Of a stretch of DNA of 64,000 bases, positions 13,201 to 28,200 are shown one piece after another. Origin of the DNA: Trichoplax adhaerens (taxonomy: Eukaryota; Animalia; Placozoa); assembly GCF_000150275.1 (NCBI RefSeq), contig NW_002060977.1:315235-379234 (forward strand), given 5' to 3'. The notes under the pieces were generated by a model. That model was not told where the DNA came from. It made no database searches and saw only the letters and a list, made by a program, of their open reading frames with translations. A program made the translations under genes and the position numbers. Position 1 is the stretch's first letter. The number at the start of each line of letters is the position of its first letter.

Positions 13201-16200
13201 ACTATTTAAAGCTAATCTTGGATTATTTTGATTTAGAAACTTCGATAATAATAACATTACAGTCTTGGGAAAGAACGAATTGTCCAATTTGACTAATGTT
13301 GTAATCATGTAATTACAAATTTTACAAATTCTTTTGACACCATGCTACATAACTGATGCTTTATTACTGAATTTGGCTATCACGATTTATTATTAGCTCA
13401 CTAGCTAACAATGCTATCAAGAGCTTGGTGAAATGTAGCTTTTGTCATCTACCTAATTTGACGGAGATGTAAGTACTGAGACTTTGAGAGTTCCTACTTT
13501 TATGACTCTACTACCATACTTAAATTATCTCAAGTTTTGATAACAGCTACTATTGTACTATTAAGATTAATTTCTACTAATTAGGACAATCATTTCCATA
13601 TTCTATATTAGATGTTTCTGAAACTAGAAATTAATTAGATTTTGTGTTTTTGTAGCTCACTACAAAATAACATAATATCCGACATCGCTGAAGACGCCTT
13701 CTACAATTTACCAAATTTATCCAAACTGTAAGTAAATACCCTTTGAGGTATGGTAACTTCTGCTAGATTTTATTCAAATATTTAACTACATAATGTCACA
13801 TCAACTCCTTTCTGGCAGCTTCTATTCCTAAGTAATTCTTGTATCGTACTCCATTATAGCGAATTGCAAACACTTTTAATTAAATAACAGGCAAAAGCAC
13901 TAAGGTATCATCGCCATACTAATTAAAACTAGAAATTTATAAAATGATCATCTACTGCTATTAGTTAATCCTACTACAATTTCTAAATCAGAGTACAAGT
14001 GATTAACGAAGTTCTACTGAAATAGTTAGCATCGCATTTTTAAGATGTATACCATCGATCGTTGTCACGGATTACTTCCTGATATGGTTACTAGTCTAAT
14101 GTAAAGCCCTTAGGTTGAGTTACCTCTACAGATTATTGCCCTAATCGACCAAAAGATTTAGCCAGAATATAGGACTTCTATTGCAACGCCTAAGAACTAT
14201 CCTTCTAAAAGGCTCGCAATCAGTAGACACACAGTACCATAATCTACAAAAAAGCTTTATTTAGTAAACTCACTACTCACTATTCTCCCTCAAAATCAAC
14301 TATTTTAAACCAATAAATACACTCATAAATAAACGTTTAAATTAACAAAGAATTACCAGACATCCCTTAATGGATAATTAGATATAAAGATAAACTTATT
14401 TAAAAAGAATAATCTTATCTAAATTACCGACGTTATTACAAAGCCTTATTGGCTAGTAGCTGTATCGCATTACAAATAGCATGCATAGCTTTCGTTTTCC
14501 AGATTAAACCAGAGTAATATTGATTTGCTATAGCGTATTAGTTCCTGTAGTTGTAAGTACTACAAATCATAGCATTTCCTGTACTATAACACTGCAACAC
14601 TGCACAGTGAGCTACCATACTTTCTTAAATACTTTAATTTAGGTAATGCATTGTCATAAAAATTGTACTGATAACGTCATATTAACTATCAGGGTACATG
14701 TTGCAATGTTTTCTAACCAAATATGAAAATTACTTGTAACTTTTTCATATTGGCACAATATTTCTTTAACGATAACAGCTAGAAAAGTGTGATAAATGTC
14801 ACCGTTGTGCGTCAATTACTAAATAATTTTTAAAACTGTTAACTATTGCATTACAGAAAGCTTAGTAAGAACAATATTGCTATCAAAAATCAACCATTTG
14901 AGGCCTTACAAAGTCTGAAAGAACTGTATGTTTGAGCTTTCCATTCAGTATAGATTACAATGTGTAGCTAACGTACTGATCACATTACTGTAAAAAATAT
15001 GAAATCTTTTCGACAGATACTTGGATCTTAACTCCGTTGGTAATTTTTCTAATAAAGGTCTATCACCGTTTCGTAATCTAAAGAAACTGGAAGTTCTGTA
15101 TGTTAATCAAACATTGTTTACTAATCATTTCACGAAACATACCAATTAACTCTCACTAGTTTAGAAAGCAAACTTAGTTATATAGTAGAATGACCTGTAT
15201 TATTCATGTACACTCAAAAGTAGATTATAAAATTGTACGCAATTGCCTCTATGCAAAATATAGCCTGCGGTAAATTTAATTTAAATTTCTTACTACTTAA
15301 CTTATCGTAATCCTGACTAAAAAGCATTAAAAATATTTAATATCTCTACAAAAATGTTGAAAGAATGCTACTATATCGCACCAAAACATTATAACAATCG
15401 TAGACTATTTTTCGGTAAAGTATTCAATAACTGATATTAAACCCAATACTCCTAATAATAAATACAATGATGTACTAACACAAGCATTTCTGAATAACAA
15501 CGTTCTAAAAATCAGGACTAGCACATCAATGTATTACCAATGGTATAGTCTACGTTTTTTTAAATATCTAATTTGTTCTAATAGGGATTTATCAGGAAAT
15601 AATATACAATTCCTCGAGAAGAGGCTCTTTTGGGGATTAAGAAACTTGAAATATTTGTAAGTATTGGAAAATGATATTTCTAGTATTTTTTTACGATAAG
15701 AAAATACTTGACAGGTAAACTGCTAGAATTTTAATTTTATACTCATACAATGCACTATAATAGTTGATTAGTATACTTTGCAACACCTAACGACCAATCA
15801 TTTAGATCCTTACTAGGGACTCACATGTTATGCAAATTCACACTGATGTACTTTATTCTATCAATGTTATACAAACAGGATGATGTTCAGTTTACTGCTG
15901 TAAAGAATAATGCGACCCAGTATATTAGATCTTTGTGTTTAAATGTAGCTCTATACTCTTAATTTTATCCCAATTTATCTATCTAAATTTTTGTCACGAA
16001 TTGAAACCTGAAAAGTCAGAAATATTAAAATCACTGCCAAAAACTAAGCACAACGAGTCTATCGTCATACTTGTCTTCCTTGGCACCTATTTACATGCTG
16101 GTATCTAATCTAAATATTCACGATTTCTTATCGTCAGGAGGAACAGTAATCTCTAACCACTAGTTTCTCTTAGACAAAATCTGAACACAACCTATACTAA

Positions 16201-19200
16201 AAGCGAATGCAATACTAGTGTATGGTGCATTATTATAGCTATTATTTTTATGACTGTATCGTAATCCATTATGAACGTAGTAATAATTTTCTGACACTCT
16301 AGAAACTGAAATTGTAGTTTAAATTATGCTCACAATTAATACAGCACACTGAATAGCCTTAGTTTTATTCTTAAATAGAAGCCTTCATATACCTCGTATA
16401 TTCTAGTAATAGCCCTCAGACAAATCTTTAGTATTTATGCTCTTGCCACAAAACAGCTTTGCAACAAGTTAACGTAATGTGCGATCAATAAGTCAATTCC
16501 TTGAACCACGTATCAAGAAACGATATCTGCACTATCACAAACACTTTTGCTCTACTAGCAGACTACACAAAGACTTAAACGCCTCGTATTTTACGTCAAA
16601 CACTAAATTTGAGAATCCACTTTATTGTACGATATACTACATTTACATACTATTCCTCTATAGTCCTTGAGTCATAGTTAGTATGATTAACTTTGGAATC
16701 ATTTACTGAATTAGATATTAATTATAGCTACTGATCCCTTAATACAGACAACAGTATTTACGAACATAGACATCTGATGACTAATACAGAATAGTCAGAT
16801 TACGATATGTCTTATCACGGAACATTTCCACGATAATTTACAATCTAGCATAAGTAAGTTACAATCACAAAGATTCGAACTGTAAGTAGATGATTTGCAT
16901 TCCCTGTTATAACTATTTATTTCAGTGTGTGTATATGTGTCTCTGTCATAAAAAGTCAGTGCCATATTAAAACACAGTATATCCAAATTAGAAGTTAACT
17001 AAATAAGGATAAGCTAACAGAATAATCTTAACATAGATATTTCTACTCTAATACAGTATATAACACAGTCACAGCTCTGTAATATGATAATAATGATTGA
17101 TAAATTATAAGTGATAATAATTGAATTAATAAGCAATTATAGCCAGTTGGTCACCATTTTCTTTACACATTTTTCGAAATTCTGAAGGATGAGATTGTCT
17201 ATAATCGATGCCATAATTTTATTAAAAGCCGATCAAGCTAAGTAATTTCTATAAATTAGAAAAGCAAATTAACATATCCTCAAGAATTCACTACTTTTTC
17301 GTAACTTCGACGCCTAGCAGCTTGTAAAGTTAGCTAAGATAGCAAACACAACAGCAGCTATAATTTTTGTTTTTACTGTAACAATCGAAATTGTGGTGCA
17401 AGAAAAGTATGGAAGTGACTGCCTTTATCCTTCATCGATTTAGTAAATTTTACCCATATCTTGCAATTACTTATAATGACTCTACCAAAGCCTATTTCCT
17501 TACCAATAATATCGGTATTGCTCTACCTTGTCCTATTGTACTGATTTCAGTTAACTGTAGTAGTACAGTAGGTGGCTAAAAGGACGAGACAGCCCACATG
17601 TACTGTTTCTAGTATAAGACTGGGGTTCTCTAGTTAAGGTCATATCTAATGCCAAATATAGGACCATGTAGACTGCCTTCCATGTAAGAGTGTGAGGTTG
17701 ATAGACTAAGAATCTTTAAAACTTTAGAAAATTAAGATTTATTGAACAAAACCTCCTTTACGAAGATACAACGTAATCGGTTAGCTGAGGACCTCTAACA
17801 AGAACGAACTATCTTACCATACTAAACTACTCGCTTTTATACTTTTCCGCGTTTACAGTATTAGCACCTTACTTACTACACACTTCAGTATTAGCATCTC
17901 AAATACAGGATAGTTTACATCTTTCATTTGAAGCTCTAGCGTGAGCACTGCAGCACTCCTCTTCAAAAGGATTACAGTTACTAAGCGAGCTCCATTTAAT
18001 ACTTAAGCCTCTAACGAGAATATCTATCACATGTTGAACACAACACCTAGGGTAGACATTACTAAATATATCATCAACTTAGAATGCAATATTACACTGT
18101 CTTACAAAGAGTTAAAGTATAATTATTTTATTAATCTTAGCAAGATGTTAAATCAAGCTTTTACAGTCTCGAATTATTATGTCTACTATAGAATAGAAGC
18201 ATTTATTGGGTATAGTTTGTATATAGATAAGATGTACTTTTGTGCAGATTTGTCTAAGTGGTATTATCCGGTATATCTTAGTCGTTTTCAATTGTTCTTA
18301 TGAGGAGAAGAAATTGAAAATCTTCTCCGACAGACGGATGTATCAATAAACGTTATTATTCAAGACTATTTTTTCGGTGTTGACCTTCATGTATCACATA
18401 AGGGAATTACCCAATTTTGTTAATTCAAATTTTGGGTTACGTAAGTAAGTGACCCTACAATAATAACAGGAGACTATCACTCGGTCATTACACCTATATA
18501 CAACTTTCTGGTTAACGTTTACAATTTTAACCTAGCCAGCTAGATCTACAACAACGGATCAATTAATTTCCACTAAAATGCTGAACTCATATTTCTAAAA
18601 TAATCCCTTATGCAAAGACTATCCTTAGTTAAGCAATAAATAATTTAATTAACTTCTCTAAATATCGATAGCAACTTAATAACATTTCCTTGAATATGCT
18701 TAACAAAATTTTGCGACTGAACGTTTTGTTTCTTATCAATAGTATCATAATATTGCTGATTTTTAAGATACCTATGCGTAGATTATACTCATAATTATTT
18801 ATTTATTAGCAAATTACAGATCATGAGCATGTTATTTTATGTTTATTACCATCATAATTTTAAAATTTTTTAATTTAATTTGAAATAACTTAATTAATTT
18901 ATCTAATTCTCTATGGCAATAGATTCCTTGCAGATAATTTCATTTTCGATATCTTACCTGATACCTTCCAATCAATGGATGCATTGATTCATTTGTAAGG
19001 CTAATCATAAATCCGATAGCAAAGCCTTCAAAGTTGATGTATACTACCTTTACGCCCATCATCGGCATTACAAACTGTTTTCATCAGTGCTTTTCTCAAT
19101 ATTCTTTCGCAACATTCTTTCGCAACATTCTTTCGAAATGTAAACATAAATTATATTTCCATTCTTTCACAAACTTTAGACGCCTAGAACAAAATTTAAT

Positions 19201-22200
19201 CGAAAAAATTACGGGGAATCAAATACGAGGCTTAACAAATCTCCAACATCTGTAAGTTCTCTTAAATTATAATTACTCTAGTATACATTGGTATGTATTC
19301 CCTTGCTGTCTATTTGATTCAAGTAAAATTAAGAAATGACGATAATTACTTAGCCTATACCAAACACTGTGAAGTCGGATATTCCAAAAATTCTTTCCAC
19401 TAATCCATTTCAAAATATTACATTTGTATGCAGAAATTTAGCAAGTAACCCAGCGAAGATGATCGAACTGGATGGTTTAAATGGTCTCAATAACTTGGAA
19501 ACTTTGTGAGATATTTTACTTTGCCTTGACATCGCAGTATATAAATTTTTATCTCAGAATTAGTAATTATTAAAAATCATTTCATCATTTCATAAAAAAT
19601 TAGTTAAATTAATGATCTAGTGCTAAGCTAAAGGACATTATGCAGATTTATCATTATATTTTATTCGTTCAGTTGTAATCCTAACACTTTTGAATTGATA
19701 AACTTAATTCATGATAGGGATTTACGAGGCATTTACCTTGACAGACTAGATAAATTGAAGATAAGCCAAATTCCAAATCTGAAAAAGCTGTTCGTATTAA
19801 AGACAGTATTATTAATTCATTTTTTGCTGATAGTAAACAAAACAGTCGATATCAATAAGGTATGTAGTCTAAACATGATAGAATGTATTATTTTCTATTA
19901 TGGTCTAGGAATATGTACAGGAATAAAATTAAGATTGTTGACTACACACCTGGATTAATTTCTACAAATATCACCATCGTGTAAGCTTATTCCATAATCG
20001 TAAACAGCAAATATATAGTGACCGATAAAATAATGTAACAAGTAACAATTTTCCATTATCCTTCCAGAGATCTTTCCTTCAATAGTATATCCGTTGTAAA
20101 GGGTTTTAACTTACTAAATTCTGTTCGAACATTGTAAGAAGTCATACGTATATTAATTAATTTCTTGCAATAATTATAATCATCTGTCGCATTGCGTATA
20201 TCCTGGGATCATAATTAAAGTCATTAATTAGCGATTATTTACCATTAATAGCAACCTATCATATAATCAATTAACGTCGATGTCGCAACTAAATCTTCAA
20301 AACTTAACTTCTTTGACAAAACTGTGAGTTCAAAAATCACTCTCCTTCGATGTTTTAGTAATAGTAGTAACAGTTATTATAAGATTTTTTTTCTAATTTA
20401 CCTTTTAGATTATTAAACTACAACCTTATAAGAAAGATAGAGGCAAAAGATATCCATCGAACTCTAAAAATTAGTACTATCAATAAACTGTAGGTTATAA
20501 TTCGGATTTATAGTATTTGAATGGCGTATTATCTTTGAATATAAAAACTTATAGCTTGATCATCCTGTACTATTGCTATGAAAGAGATTAACGAATCTAT
20601 TACATAGTTAATGTAAATCATGCTTGATTATACGTTAAATACGGACATTGCTTAAATTTTTTTCTGTATGCATAAAACTAAAAAAAGCTTAGTGATTAAT
20701 TTGAAACCAGAATAGTTATAATATCAGGAGTGCCTAATTAAGTTAAAATAATATGCAAATAAACCTTAATTTCATCAATGATGCTCGAAATAACTTATCA
20801 TCAGATCAAAATTAATTTATTCTCGAACATTAACAGCAATAGCTATAAAATAAAGGCAATCATAGAATAACAACAAGCCAGTGATAAGTAATACATAAAT
20901 AAGTAATGATAAAGCGAATTTTTCGGAGATCCGACAGTCCCCTTTTACAAATTTATGTAGCTAAACAAACTTTATTTCGTAAAATAGCGGATAAAAAACT
21001 ACTTTAAATAACATTTAATGCAGGGATTTTGCCAATAACCGTTTGTATAAGATTGATCCATTAGCTTTCATAAATGCTGAAAATTTGAAAGTAATGTAAG
21101 TTGAGGTTTCCTCTATGATATCCAATGCTTGTCTGCTTTAATCAATAACTTTATGTAATGGTGGATGATTCTTAATTTAAATTTCAAATGTGTCATGCAC
21201 AAGTTACGAATTGCCGATAGCTAGTCAGTTTGAACTGATAGCGATTGTAATTTAATATCACAAAGCCAACATTACTACATTTCCTAAACTAAATTCATTT
21301 ATTTTGAATAGCTATATTAATAATAATAAGCTACAGGAATTAAGATTTCTCCAAACGATTCCAAGTCTGGAAGAAGTGTAAGTTTAAGAAATAATAAGCA
21401 TCTCATAAATTTTGTTGATTTATATTAGTAAGTATTTGAGCTACAGATTGCAAGAAATTTTACATACTATATTTATGAAACGGCAATAAAATGCTTTAAA
21501 GCTGTTGATCGTACTAAACTCAAAACGTGTATTTAAATAAAATTTATCTGTACATAAAATTATGGTGAAGTATCATCTAATATCCGAACAAGTCATTTTT
21601 ATTGAAATCGATTTGTATTTTCAGCAATGCATCGTCCAATTTCATTCTTAATCTTGATCAATATGTATTTACTCAACTCCGTTCCTTGAAAATCCTGTAA
21701 GTTATCAGATCTGAAAGTAGCTAAAGTTGAGAATTAAGCATTAATACAGTTTATGATTCGTTGACAAAATCAACTTGGTTTAAGTTACATATTACTATGT
21801 TTTATCCCTACTTGATATTTACGTCAGAGATATATCCTCAAATCACCTGCAGAAAATCGATTCTGAAGCCTTCGTCAATTGTTCTAATTTGACAGAATTG
21901 TAAAATACTTTTTTAAGACTATAATATTGCTGTGGCTATTGCTTTAAATATTTTCTTATATCTTTATTTTGTTTGTATAGAAATTTCAAAGCAGAAATAA
22001 AAATACAGAAATATTTTCTCTATCTTATGCACTCAGTTCTCATTATTCTTTATTTTAGATATCTTGAAAATGTCGGATTAACATCGTTAAGCCAGATCAA
22101 TATGACCAAACTTGATAAATTAACTAAGCTGTAAGTTTTACTTCAAACTATGACCTTATTGTCTTTGATAACTACGGAAATATTTAACAATGCTACTTTT

Positions 22201-25200
22201 CACATAATCTAACATAAGAATAACTCAGTTAAATAAGATATGGTAAAATTTTTAACCTATTTAAATTCAAATTTAAGCCGATTTTCGGATATAATTGCAG
22301 AATTATTCGAAATAATAAAATATTGAAACTTGAAAATGAATCCTTTGAAGGTTTGACTGCGTTACAGTTATTGTAAGTGCTATAATATAAGCAAGATATT
22401 TATTATTTTAATATTTTAGTTAATTATAGCTGCTCTAACTAATGAATTTATAGATAAAAATTTGCAATAGATGATAATATATACTACTCAATTCCATATT
22501 AATACACAAGCTAATCTTGCATTTTAAATAATTCTACTATCACTCTCGATTTATAGGGATTTATCAAAAAATATGATCTCTCATTTATCCAGCAAAGTTT
22601 TTTCATTAGCTCAAAATTTATTTAAAATGTAAATAATTAACTTTCATGCATATTGTAACTTACTGCAGTATAACACAAATATATAGAGCATTAGAAACCT
22701 TAAATAGAAATTTTTGTTTCTTATAGTACGGCTGACGAAAATCAATTATCGACGTTTGACAGCGGCATACTTTGCATAAATAGAAAAATAGCCTTCTTGT
22801 AAGATAGACAGTAAAAGTAATATTTTATAAGATCAATATTCTATTCAATGAATATTGTCTTACGTGGATATGTAACCCGTGCATTTTTATGCAATCAAAC
22901 TATTGCTGAAAAGACATATTCTACCGCCTTTTTCAATTGTGTATATGAACGAGGCCGGATGCGAAATCAGTCATTTTGTATAATGCCCAATCCTTTCCTG
23001 TATAAATTTGACAAAATAGCTTAAAATATGCTTTGTGGTTAATAGTAATTATCTTTATACTTGGGATGATTTTAGCTGCTTACACTAGTACATTAATATC
23101 TTTTTTAAAATCTAACAGTAATATGAAGTAATGATTTATGTGACGTATAATAATCTGTTACCGTTATTAAAATAATTGTAAATTATTATCTTTACTTCAA
23201 ATCATTAGATTTTCTGACTTAATAGTGAGAAAAGAACCACGATAGTGTATGAAATATTAGTCTTCGTCACAATTTGCGTTAAATTTTGAATGTAGGGAAT
23301 TATCAAGCTTAACCTGCCAGCTGAAATGACTAAATCATTCCGATTTTCTTCAATTGTGATATACTTTTAGAAGTTTTCAGTCAAATAAAATAAGCAAAGT
23401 TATAGATACAAAGTGTCCCGGCGATTATACCAGAATAGAAGGAATGTAAGTACTCAATAAAATTGATTAATCTCATGCATTAATAGTTTATACACAACTC
23501 AAATTATCAGTGCTTATATGTAAGAATCTCTCATGTAAATCCAAGACTGTGTGATTCTCGTCACTATAATTATGTATAATTGTTATGAGTACGGTATTTT
23601 CTAACTACAATTTCAACGCAAAACTAGAAATTTAAATAATAACAGACTTGATGATGGATTTGCTGCTTTACTTAAAAGAACAGCTGTTTTGAAATTTCTA
23701 TCGGAATTGTAAGTCCATTCTAAGTTCAGTTTATCACAAGTTTGTCTGTTATTAAAGGTGTGATTCAAATTAATTTATGATTTCATTTAATAAAATATTC
23801 GTACTAAAGCTAATTCTTATCTACCTGTCATTTTAATTTGATTTGGTAATAGAACCTATTCTCCATTAGAAATATAGGTAGTAATCAAATCACGAAATTT
23901 CCGGAAGAAATCACTCGCTTAACAAAGATCAGCTTACGTGCCATGTATGTATGCTATTCTACTTTTTATGCCGGCTAAGAAAGCTAATTAAACACTTATG
24001 AAGTTCAGTACTTATTTCTTTCCTTTTCAGAAATATTGGGTATAATCGCGTTGATAGAAAGACTATCACTAATTTCATCGAAGGATTGTATTACTTTAAC
24101 TACTTAGCTTGCCTCCAAACTCCAGTACCACTAATCTGTAAATTCTACTCCATGTAAGAGTATTTATATGCCACTAAATCAAGTATTTAAGACTTCTTTC
24201 ATCTCCAGTTATTATGAATAGCATGCATCTTAATAATTATTGTACAGGATATTTAGCCCTCTACTAAATTATGTATTCCCACTCACTATACTAATCATAA
24301 GCTTAGGCATTACAATTTAGCTATTTTAACATGATCACGGTGTAGGATTTTATATTTGCCGATACCATAAACATTTTTATGCAAACACATATAAATAATT
24401 AGGCATAGTTAACCTTTATCAAAAATAGATCGATGCATCCAGAGAATGCCAATTAATGGCAGTAACGATTTTCGGGTATTTTTTAGTTTTAAATGCCTCG
24501 TCAATCTTTACAGCAAAGCAGCTGATATGAACGAAAATATACTTAGCAACAGAGAAATTTAAATTTCAGATGTTAATATTATAGAACAATAAGGCATCTC
24601 TAATCAAGAATTCTTCGCTTTATCGTTTCTAGAATATCAATAAAGTTATATTTCAATTTGATAGCGTTCATAGTAATAACATGTAAATTAAATAAGTATA
24701 GTTAATACTCAATTAGATTAGTAAATCCTATTCAGCCTCTTTTTTCCTCAAAAAGATACCATTTTCTCTAAATCGTTAACATGATTACTTAGAAATTCCA
24801 TTTGCATGATTACTAATACAAATTTCTAACTATTTTCTTACAGTGATCTTAGCGGTAGCTATTTAACAAAATTAAACCATGGAAGCTTTGCAGATATTCA
24901 CGATAGTTTGGGGGCATTGTAAGATTCTGTCTTGCTAAATAACAAAAATTAAAACATTACAGTGATAAAACAGCGTCATAGAGATAATTTTTAGACTCTT
25001 ATTCATAAACAATTCAACGTTTCATATCCAATACTATGATTGTTTATTTAATTAAATACGTTACACTAATATCTTAACATTAGATACTTAAGTGATAATC
25101 ATTTAGTCCAACTGGATGTGGCTGATTTATTCAATGTTACTAATAATGTTCTACAAAATCTGTAAGTGAGAAGTATTGAGTTCATGTCAGTATCTTAGCT

Positions 25201-28200
25201 AAGCTTAAACTCGAATTAAGATATTTTAATTACGATCGCTTTTTCAAAGTACGAATGCTTTTTATGTTTATTTTCTATAAAAAGCTATTTGGCTAATAAT
25301 AAATTAAAAACAATAACTACCAGGAAAAAATACCAAATGAATAATCTACTTCTACTGTAAGTTAATAATATTTCTTCATGCTTTGGAAACCTGTTTAAAA
25401 ATTGTATAGAATCTTTTCTAATATCCTATAGATACTGTTTTATCTTGCCAGAGTAGCGAACATTTAAAGCAGATTCGATTTAATTATTTTAATATGATTG
25501 CTGTATTTCCATAACTTGGCTAATACAATTCCCGAGTAAGATGTAGGAGATTTAATTGATATTTTTTTAACAGTGATCTCAACGGCAACATGATCACCAA
25601 TATTTGTCAAGAAAGTCAAATATCAATTTCTGCGCCTAATATTAGAACTCTGTAAGTACTGTTGTCACAAACCAGCTTCGTGACAAGGATAACGTAAAAC
25701 ATATCTCTAAATTACTATAGTCTCCGGGATTCAGTATCCCTTAACTACCTCACAACAATTTAGACGCCTTTGCTTCTACGTTAAATTCAACTAGACATTA
25801 GAGAACTACTTTATTCAAGTATCTGACGGGCTTATATACCCTTCTACAGCAGCTAACATTCATGAGTCATCTTATAAAAATACTTAGGTGAGAACATCTA
25901 CTAACTAATTTTTCACAGTCGGACTACAATAGGTCCATTCACAGAATCATTTCAGTGCACATTACAGCACGCATTAAATTTACTGTAACACATTTATAAT
26001 TAGAGTAATTCCTATTGCAGGTAACTAGTTGTAATATATTATCATTATATTATATTCACCAAATTTAGATAGCTATTTCTTCACGGTAGTTCGTACCGTG
26101 ACAACTGTATAGCAAATCTTTCATCGTTCGTAACGAATTGATGTAAATTAATTAAATTTTAATAATATTCGCTTTCTATGACTATAAATTAAACACTCAG
26201 TTTAATACACATATATGCGTTGATTCTATAAACTTACCTATTTACTTTAAGGGTCATAATTTATTTTCCTATATTAATGGCATGATGTACTTCTATCAAA
26301 TTTGTGACATTAGTGTGATGTTTCGGAAGATTGTGGATTCGTCATGATCACAGTAAATTACCAGAGTTAATTTAGTAGAGGAATAGAGTTTATTGGAATT
26401 AGTGCAAAGGAAAGACCGTGTGAGATTACAGCATGTATAACGACGTGACTAGTCGAATAGCTATAGTAATGTAGCATAGGTAAAGCGTGCAAGCTTACCA
26501 AGTAACTAGCAGAACTAACTAACGAGATAGGTGAAAGAAGATAGCTTTTATAATGTATGAAGCACAGCAGGAGGAAATCATAAATGACTAATAAGAATAT
26601 GTTACTTCTATGTTAAGACAGGGCTACGATATAATTCAGCTAGATTCAAAGCGATTTCCACAGAGTATTTTGTTAAATATAAATTATACATATTTAGAGT
26701 TATGCTACAATCTAGTGGAAATTGACTTTTACTAAAAATAGACTATACCGTATTTAGAAGTAAACACTACAATTAGCATCTTCCTTAACATTTATACCTA
26801 TCTTAGACGACTAAAAACCTAATTTGCCATTACTGTACATAAATATCGATATTTATTTGTACTATGTTACATATTTAATTCTAGACTACTAGATAATAAT
26901 GATGTCAGAATCCTCGCCAACAGGTGTTTTAAAACCTTTACAAAATTGAAAACTTTGTAAGTAGTTGTTACGGAGTAATTTTTGAGTAGCTATCGTAACA
27001 TAGATTTCATTAGATCATTTATTTAGGAATATATTTACAAACGGTTATCTTTGATGCTTTACATGTTTTTATTAGATAACTGCATATATTTTTAATATTT
27101 ATCTATAAACTAATAATTAATGTTTACGTAAAATTTTCAATAAATTGACTTACTTTTCAATAAAGTTTAGGCTCAGTTATGTCTGAGACAAACTACTGTT
27201 TTGTTACTGTTCCTCCTGATGATAGGAAATCGTCAATATTTAGAATCCTACTGTAGGTTAATGTCAGGGAGGACTATCCTGATAGTAGACTCATAGTATG
27301 CAATTTCTAAAATAGCTTAACATTTTCGTCATTAAAATATAAGTTTGGAACAGAAGTAAAATCGAAACATTTTACCTGCATATAAAATAAAAAGTACTCA
27401 ACTAAAGGCAGAGTATCACATGTGTTTATGTCGTTTCTTAAATTCTTTTCTTTAAAATAACTATTATCTAATTACGTCAATATGATAATGTATCATCGAA
27501 AAGATCGACTATAATTGCTTATTTCTCATTACTCTTATTTTAATTAGATCTCTAGTAGATAATCCATTAGTTCAGATCACTGCTTCTTCCTTTTATTTAA
27601 CCCCGGAACTAAAAGAAATGTAAGTATAACAGGAATCTAAAATTAAATTGTTATTCCAAAGAAGTCTCTATTAAAAATTGTATTAAAAATAAGTATCAGT
27701 ATTACAATTGTCTATTCCTAAGTCAGTCTCTAATTCTTAATAACTGATACTTTAATCCTAAACTATTATTTAACTTTTTATGACATCGCGCTTCAACGAT
27801 ACATGTATAACATAGAACATCCACTAGAGAATATCTATGTTGCATCGTTCCAGCTACAGTTGGATACTGCAAGCCATATATTGAACAAGATGCATTTACA
27901 ACATGCTCAGATATTTTATCTCATTATTCTCTCAAGTTATTTGTCTGGGTAATTGGATGTCTTGCCTTTATTGGAAATTTAATGGTTATCTACATTCAGT
28001 TTTTTAAAGTTACTAACGAAAGTGAACCTGTTCCAATGCTGTTGATTACCAATTTGGCAGTGTCAGATCTAATAATGTCTATTTACATGCTAATCATCGG
28101 TATTGCAGACATAATATATCACGATCATTATGCATATAATGCAGAAACTTGGCTAAGAAGTATAACATGTGGTATAGCTTGCTTTTTATGCTGTTTTGCT

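Noticed and set aside
16479-16670. Other short ORFs (16479, 54474, 55261, 6746, 17391, 18031, 48646, 55841, 58135)
   Set aside because: They lie within repeats or introns, or overlap exons out of frame; many have non-ATG starts and none has a recognisable motif.
8678-27619. Regularly spaced about 72-nt units as a CRISPR-like or tandem DNA array
   Set aside because: No nucleotide direct repeat; the units are spliceosomal exons with protein-level similarity only.
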